NCBI GenBank assembly: GCA_963761305.1
Contig: CAVXGK010000002.1
Coordinates: 3,296,001 to 3,360,000 of the forward strand
Origin: an uncultured Gemmatimonadaceae bacterium
GTDB taxonomy: Bacteria; Gemmatimonadota; Gemmatimonadetes; Gemmatimonadales; Gemmatimonadaceae
Direction of reading: 5' to 3'
Length of the DNA stretch: 64,000 bases
A program made the position numbers and the translations under genes. The notes under the pieces were generated by a model, which was not told where the DNA came from, searched no databases, and saw nothing but the letters and a program-made list of their open reading frames with translations. Each line of letters opens with the position of its first letter. Position 1 is the stretch's first letter. Positions 50,065-59,456 of this stretch are shown in pieces.

Positions 50065-51836
50065 CCCCACATCCTCCACCAAATGAGCCTGATCCGCCGC
50101 CACGGTTCACGTGTCGCGCGGCCGAGCACCGACGACCGATCAGTCAGGACGCGGGCATAGGCGACCATCCCTGGACGAATGAGACCTTCATCGTTCGGAA
50201 CGAGCGCGCGCACCGGGAATCGCACAACACCCGCGCTGTCGGCGCCAAGGCTCGCGATCGCCGTGACGCGCCCGACGAACGTTCGCTGTGGAAACGCGTC
50301 CACGCGCAGTCGAAGCTCGTCGCCTACTCGCACACGACCGATGTCGCGCTGGTCGACCGCGAAATCCAGCTCGAGCGAATCCGTTCGACCGACGACGAGC
50401 AGCTCACTGCCTGCGTCCACCCACGAGCCGAGTCGCTCCTGCGGCCTCGGCGTGAGCACGACGCCAGTGACCGGGCTTCGCACGAGCGCCGCGCGCACTT
50501 GTTCGTCGAGCACGTTCGCTTCGCGGTGCAGCGCGTCGGCGCGCAACCGCTGGAGACGCTCTTCCGCCGCATCGCCTCGCGTCGATGCGGCCGTCGCCTC
50601 ACGGTCGGCGCTCACGGCGTCAGACAACGCGGCATCGCGCGCCGTGCGCTGCTCGACGTCGCGCAGTTTCGCAAGCGGATCGCCGCGTGCGACACGCGCG
50701 CCTTCTCCCACGAACACGCGTTCGACCACACCGTCCACGAGCGGACGAATGTCGGTGCGAACACTCGGCCGAAACGTCGGGGCGTTGGCGTCGACGCGCA
50801 GCGGCCACCGAATGAGCGTCAGCGCTCCGATCACCACCGCGGCGATCACGGCCCAGGTGACGCGCCGCCGCGCCGGCAGCGCGAGGAACGCTTCCTTCTT
50901 CGCGTGAATCGCGCCGAGCGTGTCGGCCAGCGGGACCTGCTGGTACAGTTGGGCGTTGCGGAGCGCGACCGTCGCCTGATTGGCCAGGATCGTCGCCAGC
51001 TCGCGCTGCCGCTGCGTCGCGAACTCCGGACGCTCGGCCTCGAAGAGCAGAATGCCGAGCACTCCTTCGTCGTCCTTGAGCGGGATGTACAACCCGCTCG
51101 CGACGCCGTCCGCCTCGAGATCCCCTTCAAAGATCTGTAAGAAGAGACGCTCGGCATCGGACGCCGCCTCGGTGCGATCGGAGAGGTAGAATGCTTCGCC
51201 GACCCCGGCCGCCCACGCGCCGCGCACCGCGAGATCCTGAAGGTCGGGATCCGCCGGGTCGAACTTCTCGACACCGGCGAGCGCGCGAATGTCGCACTTG
51301 CCGCGTTCATAGAGAGCGATCGCTCCGCGGTCGAACGCGATCGCGCGCATCGCGAGATTCACCACCGCACGCATCACGCGGTCGAGATCGAGCGTCGAGC
51401 CGATCGCTCGGCTCATCTCCATCACGAGCTCGAGATCGCGCGTGCGGTCGTTCGCCGCCACGTATTCCGCATTTCGCAGCGCGACGCCGGCGACGTCCGC
51501 CAACCGCGTGAGCGCCGCGCGCTCGGCGGCAGTGAAAGGCCCGTGAGCGGCCAGGTCGCGCGCGACCCGCACCGCTTGCGGCGCACCCGGTCCGAGCGGA
51601 GCGACGAGGACCGCCATTCCTTCCTCGTCATCCAGCGGACTCGCCTGCAACTCGGACGAGAAGATGGCGCGATCCGCATGCAGGATCGCGCGCGCGAACG
51701 TCAGGGTTTTCGCCTCGACGTCGGCGGCATCGAGGCAGCCCGCGAGCTCGACCAGCGCACCGTGAATCGGATCGTCAGCCCCGATCGCCAGCTGTTCCGT
51801 CGGCGTCGCCGTCAGCGGCAAATCGGTCAGCGTCAC
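50061..51836 (-). CDS. GAF-domain - TM - HlyD-type membrane-fusion protein
   Basis: GAF (STLDLDRVM...ILANQATVALRNAQLY) preceded by a degenerate GAF; TM helix; VDGVVERVFVGEG, VRSPVTGVV, LIRPGM. Confidence 0.88.
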   Translation of the reverse strand: MTLTDLPLTATPTEQLAIGADDPIHGALVELAGCLDAADVEAKTLTFARAILHADRAIFSSELQASPLDDEEGMAVLVAPLGPGAPQAVRVARDLAAHGPFTAAERAALTRLADVAGVALRNAEYVAANDRTRDLELVMEMSRAIGSTLDLDRVMRAVVNLAMRAIAFDRGAIALYERGKCDIRALAGVEKFDPADPDLQDLAVRGAWAAGVGEAFYLSDRTEAASDAERLFLQIFEGDLEADGVASGLYIPLKDDEGVLGILLFEAERPEFATQRQRELATILANQATVALRNAQLYQQVPLADTLGAIHAKKEAFLALPARRRVTWAVIAAVVIGALTLIRWPLRVDANAPTFRPSVRTDIRPLVDGVVERVFVGEGARVARGDPLAKLRDVEQRTARDAALSDAVSADREATAASTRGDAAEERLQRLRADALHREANVLDEQVRAALVRSPVTGVVLTPRPQERLGSWVDAGSELLVVGRTDSLELDFAVDQRDIGRVRVGDELRLRVDAFPQRTFVGRVTAIASLGADSAGVVRFPVRALVPNDEGLIRPGMVAYARVLTDRSSVLGRATREPWRRIRLIWWRMWG

Positions 51837-51949
51837 CAGAGGGAGGGGCGAAACATCGGGTCCTGACGGCCGGAGGGAGGGGCTAAGCTGGCTCTAGGTG
51901 TGCTCAGCCGCAATGGCGGTCGACGGATGGATCGGCGGACCCGGACAAC

Positions 51950-51983
51950 AAAAAACGGAGCGGGGGAGAATGCTCCCCCGCTC
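51950..51983 (-). terminator. Rho-independent terminator downstream of the peptide genes
   Basis: 11-bp perfect stem GAGCGGGGGAG/CTCCCCCGCTC with 4-nt loop, followed on the minus strand by TTTTTT. Confidence 0.88.
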
Positions 51984-52014
51984 GCCGCCTGCCGTTAAAG
52001 CCGGTTCTGTGGCT

Positions 52015-52161
52015 CTAAAGAATCCGCGTCGGGGCGATTCGCTCTTCGAGCTCGCTGACCGTCAGCTCGATCGCCTCGACGTCCTTGCCAGTCTCCTTCT
52101 TCACGACCTGCTTCTGGGTGTTCGTGAGGTCGATCCGGACGATGTCTTTTTCCTTGCTCAT
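52015..52161 (-). CDS. 48-aa precursor-like peptide 2: MSKEKDIVRIDLTNTQKQVVKKETGKDVEAIELTVSELEERIAPTRIL
   Basis: Hand-translated ATG 52161 to TAG 52015; GAAGG RBS; paralog of 52257..52403 with mostly synonymous changes. Confidence 0.9.
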   Translation of the reverse strand: MSKEKDIVRIDLTNTQKQVVKKETGKDVEAIELTVSELEERIAPTRIL

Positions 52162-52256
52162 GGAGGCACCTTCATATGGAAGTGTGGGGGGGACTGGAAT
52201 GCTGTGACCAGACGACGAATCGAGACTTCCGAGGCATTAAAGCCTGTTTTGCAGCC

Positions 52257-52403
52257 TTAAAACACCACTCTCGGGGCGATTCGCTCCTCGAGCTCGCTGA
52301 CGGTCAGTTCGATCGCTTCGGCGTCCTTCCCCGTCTCCTTCTTCACGACCTGCTTCTGGGTGTTCGTCAGGTCGATCCGGACGATCTCTTTCTCTTTGCT
52401 CAT
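52257..52403 (-). CDS. 48-aa precursor-like peptide 1: MSKEKEIVRIDLTNTQKQVVKKETGKDAEAIELTVSELEERIAPRVVF
   Basis: ATG 52403 to TAA 52257; GAAGG RBS; start fixed by alignment with its paralog. Confidence 0.9.
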   Translation of the reverse strand: MSKEKEIVRIDLTNTQKQVVKKETGKDAEAIELTVSELEERIAPRVVF

Positions 52404-52459
52404 GGTCGCACCTTCATATAGAAGACGGTGGGGATGGACTGCTTCTTTCAACGGATGAG

Positions 52460-52513
52460 ATGGTACTTCCGGTCCGTGAATGGGGCGTGAATCTTCAGGT
52501 GGCGATCGTGAAT
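52460..52513 (-). promoter_or_regulatory. SARP-type promoter: three phased ATTCACG heptamers followed by a TACCAT -10 box
   Basis: CGTGAAT on + at 52475, 52486 and 52507 (11 and 21 bp apart); TACCAT on - at 52460-52465, 9 bp after the last repeat. Confidence 0.65.
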
Positions 52514-52557
52514 TTCGTTCCCCCCAGGGGCCGTACCACCTTCTAGCCGGAGCGACT

Positions 52558-54738
52558 TTGCCCGCGCTGTCACTCACGTTGTGCGGTCGCGTCGCGGCGG
52601 CACTCGACGGGACCCAGCTGCCGGCGGCTGCGCTCAGCAACAAGAGCCTGGCACTCCTCGCCTTCCTTACACTCGAGCCAGGGCCGCACAGCCGAGACGA
52701 GGTCACGGCGCTTCTCTGGGGTGACTACCCGGACGAGAAGGCCCGCACCTCACTCCGACAGGCGCTCTCCCATCTCCGCGACATAGTCGGCGACTCCATT
52801 CACACCGACCGGACGTCGCTGGCGCTCGTGGCCGAGCCGGACAGCGACGTTCGCAGATTCCTCGCCGCCGCCGATGTCTCTCCGCGCGAAGCCGCCGAGG
52901 TCGACATCCCGCATTTCCTCGCGGGACTCCAGCTCAGACATTCGTCGGGATTCGAGGAGTGGGCGGACGAGAAGCGGCAGTCGCTGCTTCGCCGGTACAC
53001 CAGTGTGCTGGCCGCGACGATTCGCGAGTCGATCGCCGGCAGCCGGTGGCGCGACGCCGTACGCGCCGCCGAGCGTTGGGTCTCGATCGACGCGTTCTCC
53101 GCCGACGCCACGCTCGCGCTGATGGAATCACAATTCCTCTCGGGCAATCGCGCGGCGGCGTTGCAAGCGCTCGCCGACCATCGGTCGCGTCTTGCCTGCG
53201 GCGATCGTCCCGATCAACGACTCGCCGACCTCGCGCAGCGCATCGAGGACGCGCGGCTGAGCGGCGAAGTCCGGCGCCCAGCCACCGAAGCGTGGTACTC
53301 GACGTCGCCGTCGTTCTATGGAAGTCTCATCGGACGCGAGAGCGAATGGGATCGGCTCCGTGCGACGTGGCGGCAAGTCTTGCAGGGCAAGCCGCGGGTC
53401 GTTCTCATCGAGGGTGAGTCGGGCGTCGGAAAGTCCCGGCTTGCCGGCGACTTCACGCGGTGGGTGACGGCCGAAGGCGGCACGGTGCTGCGCGGGCACG
53501 GATTCGACGTGCGCGTCGGCCTTCCGTTCGGCGCGATGATCGAAGCGCTGCGTTCGGGGATCGATGCGCCGGGACTGAGCGGCACCGATCCACAATGGCT
53601 GGCCGAGATAGCGCGCGTCGTGCCGGAGCTCAAACAACGCTTTGTGGGTCTGCCCGAGATCGCCCCCGCGTCGACGGCCGACAGTTGGCGCTTGTTCGAG
53701 GGAATCGCGCAGATGCTTCTCGCGATCTCCGAAGAGACGCCGGTCACCGTGCTGATCGACGACGTGCAATGGTGCGACGCCGACAGTTGCGCGCTGCTCC
53801 ATTTTCTCGTGCGCAAACTGGAGAAGGCCGCCGTGCTCTGGTGCGTCACCTTCGCTCCCGGCGCCGTCGAGCGCGACGCGGCGGCCGCGCGATGGGTGCG
53901 CGCGCTGCGCGGCTCGCCGGCGTGCGAGGTGATCGCGCTCCGCCCGTTGACCGACGACGAAGTGTGGCAGCTCGTGCATGGACTCGGCCGAGTGAGCGCG
54001 CCGGCCGACGCCCGCCGTCTCGCGTCACGAATCTTTGAAGTGACCGCCGGCTATCCGTTCTACATCGTCGAGCTGCTCAAGACGCTCTTTGCGCAGGGTT
54101 GGCTGACGGTCGACCCGGAAACCGGAGAGTGGATCGTGCGCGCGACCGACGGGCGTGACGAGCCGTCGCTCGTGCTATCGGTTCACGAAGCGATCGCCGA
54201 GCGGATCGAGTGCCTTCCGGATGACCTCAAGGACGTGCTGATCACCGTCGCCGTGTCGACGCGAGGATGCCGCACGGACATCCTCTCACACGTCCACGGC
54301 ATCTCACGTCTGCGCGCGGCGGCGATCGGAGATGGACTGGTCGAACGACATCTGGTCGTCGAGGACAACGGCGCCTATCGCTGCGCGCACCCGGTGATCG
54401 GGCGCGTGATGGTCGACGAGCTCGGGACGTCGCGCAAGCGCGAAGTCCATCGCGGACTCGCGCTGGCGATGGAGCTCGTGGGTTCGCAGCAGCGCGAGTT
54501 CTCCGACCACGGCGAGATCGCGCGGCATGCGGAGCAAGCCGGTGAGCGAGGCATGGCCTATCGCTTTGCGATGCAAGCCGTCGAGGCGTGCGAGCGCCGA
54601 TTCGCGTTCGACGAAGCACTCGGCTGGCTCGACTTCGCGTCCGCCGTGGCGGCGACGTCCAGCGAAGCCGACGCCGTGAATCGCGCGACCGCGCAGATGT
54701 TCGAGATCTCCGACCGTCGCGAGATCTCGAGCCGCTAG
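52558..54738 (+). CDS. SARP-like (wHTH-BTAD) transcriptional regulator with AAA/STAND ATPase domain
   Basis: ALLAFL, SRDEVTALLW, SLRQALSHLR, FEEW (BTAD); IGRESE, Walker A GESGVGKS, IDDVQW, TAGYPFYIVE; TTG start with GGAG. Confidence 0.9.
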   Translation: MPALSLTLCGRVAAALDGTQLPAAALSNKSLALLAFLTLEPGPHSRDEVTALLWGDYPDEKARTSLRQALSHLRDIVGDSIHTDRTSLALVAEPDSDVRRFLAAADVSPREAAEVDIPHFLAGLQLRHSSGFEEWADEKRQSLLRRYTSVLAATIRESIAGSRWRDAVRAAERWVSIDAFSADATLALMESQFLSGNRAAALQALADHRSRLACGDRPDQRLADLAQRIEDARLSGEVRRPATEAWYSTSPSFYGSLIGRESEWDRLRATWRQVLQGKPRVVLIEGESGVGKSRLAGDFTRWVTAEGGTVLRGHGFDVRVGLPFGAMIEALRSGIDAPGLSGTDPQWLAEIARVVPELKQRFVGLPEIAPASTADSWRLFEGIAQMLLAISEETPVTVLIDDVQWCDADSCALLHFLVRKLEKAAVLWCVTFAPGAVERDAAAARWVRALRGSPACEVIALRPLTDDEVWQLVHGLGRVSAPADARRLASRIFEVTAGYPFYIVELLKTLFAQGWLTVDPETGEWIVRATDGRDEPSLVLSVHEAIAERIECLPDDLKDVLITVAVSTRGCRTDILSHVHGISRLRAAAIGDGLVERHLVVEDNGAYRCAHPVIGRVMVDELGTSRKREVHRGLALAMELVGSQQREFSDHGEIARHAEQAGERGMAYRFAMQAVEACERRFAFDEALGWLDFASAVAATSSEADAVNRATAQMFEISDRREISSR

Positions 54739-54757
54739 CGGTCGCGCGGAACGCGCC

Positions 54758-57700
54758 TTACTTCACGCCGGCCGGAACTTTGATGGTCACTCCGTATTTA
54801 GCGAGCGCCTGACTCACCGCGCTTGCCTTGCCAAGGAACGCGTTGCCATCCGCGACCGCCTTTGGCAGCGCGATCTTGACGTCGCTGTACTGACGTACCG
54901 ACGCCGCGCTCGGCGCTTCCCACACGCCGGCGAGCTGCGTCTTTAGCGTCGACGTGCGAGCGAGCACGTTCTCGGGATCCACAGCGCCACCGCGACCGCC
55001 CCCCCACCGCCGCGGCCGCCAGCGCCTGCGTTGGTCGGCACGCCGAACTTCTTGCGGATCGCATCGAACTCCTTGTTCAGGGACTCGAACTGCGTTTTCA
55101 CATTGGCGGGTATGTCGCTCTTCTCGCCCACGGATTTCGCGGCGGCCTCCATCTGCGGGTAGAGCGAGTTGAGCGCCGTCGCCATCGCGACGCCTCGACG
55201 CTGGATCGCGTGCAGATCGGTGACGATCGCGTTGTAACGCTCGTGCTCACCCGGAGCGAAGTGGACGTCCGGGTCGAATACGAGCTTGATCGGCTTCGAG
55301 TCGAGCATTTTCGCGCCTGACATCAGCGCGACAGTGTACGTGCCAGGCATCACGTACGGCGCTGGCCCGCCGAGCCCACCACCGCCGCCGAAACCGCCCC
55401 CCCCGCCCCCACCCCCGCGACCTGCCGCCGCCGAGCTGTCAGTCGGCGTCGAGCACGGATTCACCGGCAGGTATCCGGCGCTCGGCACGGGCTGCGGGAC
55501 TCCGGGCGCAGCCGGACCGCCGCGGCCTCCTCTGCCTCCACCGCCGCCGCCGCCGCCGCGTCCACCACGACCGCCACCGGCTGCTTCCGAGTCCACCGGC
55601 GCCGTGATCGGCTCGCCGCGCATGTCCCAGCACGCAGTTTGAATTCCAGGTTGTGACTTCGTGCTCGGAATCTTCACTGTGCGCACGGTCTTGCCGGCGG
55701 CGTCGTTCACGCGCAGTGAGAGATCGTCCATCGGCGACTTGAGGAAATACTGGACGACCGCCTCGTTGGGCGGGTTCTCGCCGAGGAAGTATTGGTGGCC
55801 CCAGAACTCGTCGTTCCGGTCGTCCTTCGTCTTCCATTCGAGCGCCGCCGGCACGGTGAAGAGCTTCGCGTCGGCCGACTGCGCCGCATTGTATTCCTGA
55901 ATCGGTTCGAGGTGGTCGAACATCCACAGCGCGCGGCCGTGCGTCGCGACGAGCATCGCGTTGTCGCGCGGATGCAGCGTGATCTCGTCCACGCGCACCG
56001 TGGGCAGATTCGCCTGGAGACGTGCCCAGCTTTTGCCGCGGTCGAATGAGATCAGGATTCCGGTTTCGGTGCCGAGGTAGAGCACGTCGCGATTGCGCTG
56101 ATCCTCGGTGAACGTCTTGACGACGTCGCTCTGGAGGTTGTCCGAGAGCGAATGGAACGTCGCGCCGAAGTCCGTGCTCACCCACACGTACGGCTTGAAG
56201 TCGTCGAGCCGGTGATTGTCGATCGTCACGTAAACCGTGCCGGCGTCGTACGCGGACGGGGCGACTTTGCTGACCCATCCGCCGACGGGCGCGCCCGGCA
56301 GATTCTTCGTGATGTTCTGCCAACTCTTGCCGGCGTCGCGCGACACGTACAGCAGCCCGTCGTCGCTCCCCGTGTAGTAGACGCCCCGCTGCTTCGGTGA
56401 CTCGGCGAGCGTGACGATCGCCGGCCACTGCGACACGCCGTCGTCGCGCGAGATGTGGATGTCGGAGCCCTTGAGCCCCATCGTGACGATCGTGTCGCGG
56501 TTCGCGTTCGACGTGAGATCAGGACTGATCACCGTCCACGAGTCGCCACGGTCGTGCGACACGAAGACACGATTCGCCGCGACGATCAGCTCGCCGGGAT
56601 CGTTCGGCGAGATGATCATCGGCGTGTCCCACTCCCAGCGGAACGCCTCGCCAGGCTTCGGTGCCGGCGTCACGTTGAGCGCGTTCGGACGGATCTGCTT
56701 CGACTCGCCGGTGACCGTGTGTCGCCGGATGATGTTGCCGTCCTGCGTCTCGCTGTAGATCCAGTGCGAGTCCTTCTTGTCGGGAATCGCGACGAAGCCG
56801 TCGCCGCCCTGAATCTGGATACCAGTCCGAGCTCATGATGCCGTTTGCGAACCGCGACGCGCTCGGGCCGCACCAGTCGTAGTTGTCCTGCATGCCGCCG
56901 CAGACGTTGAACGGATACGCCATGTCGTAGCCGACATGGTAGAACAGTCCGACCGGAAGGTTGGCGAAGAAGTTCCACGTCTTGGCGCCGTCGTACGACA
57001 CGCTCACGCCGCCGTCGTCGCCGATCATCATGTGATCGGAGTTATTCGGATCGAGCCAGATCGCGTGCATGTCGTCGTGCGCGACGAGGGATGCCTGGCC
57101 TTCCGTGGTTTTTCCGCCGTCGATCGTGAGCTACATCTTCACGCCGCCCTGGAAGACGCGGTCCGGATTGCTCGGATCGACGCGCACCTGGCTGAAGTAG
57201 AGCGGCCGCGGATTTGTCGAGCTCACCTTGTGCCACGTCGCGCCCCCGTCGTCAGAGCGATAGAGCCCACTTTCCCCGGCCTCCGCGGCGCCGCCGCGGC
57301 CACCGCGGCCACCCGCCGCGGCAGTCGTGTCACCAGTCTCCGGATTGACGCCGCCGCGCCCACCACGGCCGGCCGCCGGCGCCGGAGCTTCGATAGATGC
57401 GTACACGACGTTGCCGTTCTTGCGATACATGTCGAGTCCGACACGGCCCAAGGGTCCCGCTGGCAATCCATTAGCAAGGCGCGTCCAGGTGTCACCGCCG
57501 TCGATCGATTTCCAAACTCCGCTCCCCGGACCGCCGCCGTTCACACAGCACGCCGTGCGGCGCCGCTGGTACGTCGACGCGTAGATCGTCTTCGGGTCGG
57601 TGTACGACATCGCGAGGTCATTCGCGCCAGTCTCGTCGTCGACGAAGAGCACGCGCTTCCAGGTCTTACCGCCATCGGTCGTCTTGTAGACGCCACGGTC

Positions 57701-58222
57701 GCCGCCCGGTCCGAAGATCGAGCCGACCGCCGCGACGAGCACGACGTCGTCGTTGCTCGGATCGATCAGGATGCGATTGATGTGCTTCGAGTCCTTGAGC
57801 CCGACGTTCGCGAACGTCTTGCCGCCGTCGGTGGACTTCCATACGCCGTCGCCCCACGACGTCGTCTGCCGATTGTTCGCTTCGCCGCTGCCGACCCAAA
57901 TGACGTTGGGGTTCTGCTGCGACACGGTGACGTCGCCGATGGAGAGCAGACCCTTGTTCTGCAAGAGCGGCGTGAACGTGGCGCCGTTGCTCGTCGTCTT
58001 CCAAACGCCGCCGTGCGCGGTGCCCACATACCATATGGATGTGTTCTTCTCGTACACGGCGAAGTCGGAGATGCGCCCCGACATGATCGCCGGTCCGATG
58101 GACCGGAAGTGGAGCTTGTCGAACTGTTGCGCGACGGGCCCGACGGCCTGCCCAAACGCGAGATGACTTGCGACGGTGACGACGGCGGCCGGCAGTCCGA
58201 CACGGCGCACGAGGCGAAACAT
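54758..58222 (-). pseudogene. Large secreted BNR/Vps10-like beta-propeller (glycosyl hydrolase-like) protein, interrupted by one in-frame TAG and two frameshifts
   Basis: FRSIGP..GRI, many SxDGGxTW Asp-boxes, GGMQDN; TAG at 57131-57133; shifts near 56817 and in the C7 run at 54999-55005. Confidence 0.8.
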
Positions 58223-58400
58223 TGACGCTCCGGGCAACGGTTGTGAGGTGCGAGGATTCTAGCGCGCGCGACGGTCCGCGGCGAGCCGCCCTCGGAGGAA
58301 GGGTCCACTCAGAGCAGCACCAGCCAACCCATGCCTGACGACGCCCGCACGGCGACCGTACATTTTGGCTGCCGGACACTTGGCTCCCCCTCGCTCGCCT

Positions 58401-59120
58401 GTCCCCGTGATCGAACGACGACGTTCTCACGCGTCTGACATCCTCGCCGACCGCTATCGCATCGATCGCGAGTCTCGAGGCGCAATTCACGCGCGTCATC
58501 CATTAACCGCTCGGCCTTCCGCCGTCACTATGGGGCGTTTGCTACGGCTGCCGCGTAAACGGCAGCGAGCCGCTTCGCCCGCGGAGCCGGGCTAGGGGTG
58601 TCGGGGCTTCCGCCGCGAACGCCTTGCGCAATTCCACCCGAGAATGTCCGATTCACGTTCCACGATGAAGGCCGGGTTCAACGTGGTGATGCGCAAGATG
58701 GGCGGCGCCACCGTGAACATTCCACTCGTGGCGACGGTGGCGAACGAGTACGCGGCGCGCTTCTCGCCCGTCGGACACTGGCTCGCCTATACGTCGGACG
58801 AGTCGGGCCGCGCCGAAGTGTACACGCGGCCATTTCCAGCGAACGGTCCGCGCGTTCAGATCTCGACCGACGGCGGCAACCAGGCCGTCTGGTCCGGTGA
58901 TTCGCGACGAATCTTCTATCGCAATGGCTTGGCGTTCATGGCCGCTGATGTCGCGGCGTCCGGCAACTCGCTGTCTGTCACGGCGCGACGCAAGCCGTTC
59001 GAGGGGAGCTACTACGGCGCAGACCCCGCGGCGCTCCGCGCCACGTACGATGTAACGCCGGACGGACACAATTTCCTCGTCGGCCGCGCCATCGGGGAAG
59101 GCGGCGAGGAGATCATCTCG
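58401..59120 (+). pseudogene. Internally deleted relic of a Ser/Thr kinase-PD40 gene
   Basis: 58401-58472 is a degenerate copy of 29754-29828; about 58690-59120 encodes the PD40 C-terminus (FSPVGHWLAYTSDESG...YDVTPDG). Confidence 0.75.
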
Positions 59121-59456
59121 GGGTGCTCGTCGATCATTGAGAGAATAAGGCTAGCGGCTGGGACTGTTTCGCAGAGAGCCGAGGCCGTAATGCCGACCCT
59201 ATCGACAATACTGCACTCGCGGAGGATTGTCCCACCCCGGAACCTGGGTACTCCGCACTTTACCTCGTCTTGAGGTACAAGCGTCGCAGCCCGGCGACGA
59301 GGTTGGCGAGAAAGACCTCGAACGTCTCACCGCGTTCTGGCAACCAACGCGCCGCCGCGCCTGACGCCGTCGGCTAGGCCAGTACGACGCCGAAGCCCGG
59401 CGAGATGAGATCTCGCCGGACTTGGTTGGCCTTCACCTGTCAACGGGACAGCGCGG

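Noticed and set aside
51898..52421. Two similar plus-strand ORFs (RGDSLxELAD...)
   Set aside because: Antisense shadows of the duplicated peptide genes; the substitutions are synonymous in the minus-strand frame.
52015..52424. Direct repeat as a CRISPR array or DGR template/variable pair
   Set aside because: Two coding copies of about 150 bp, no spacers, cas genes or reverse transcriptase; differences follow codon third positions rather than adenines.
52257..52706. 149-aa ORF in the track
   Set aside because: The upstream 101 codons overlap the promoter repeats and the regulator; paralog alignment and the RBS place the start at 52403.
59120..59330. Possible IS end or att site at the composition shift
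   Set aside because: No transposase, integrase, tRNA or matching terminal repeat found in the window.
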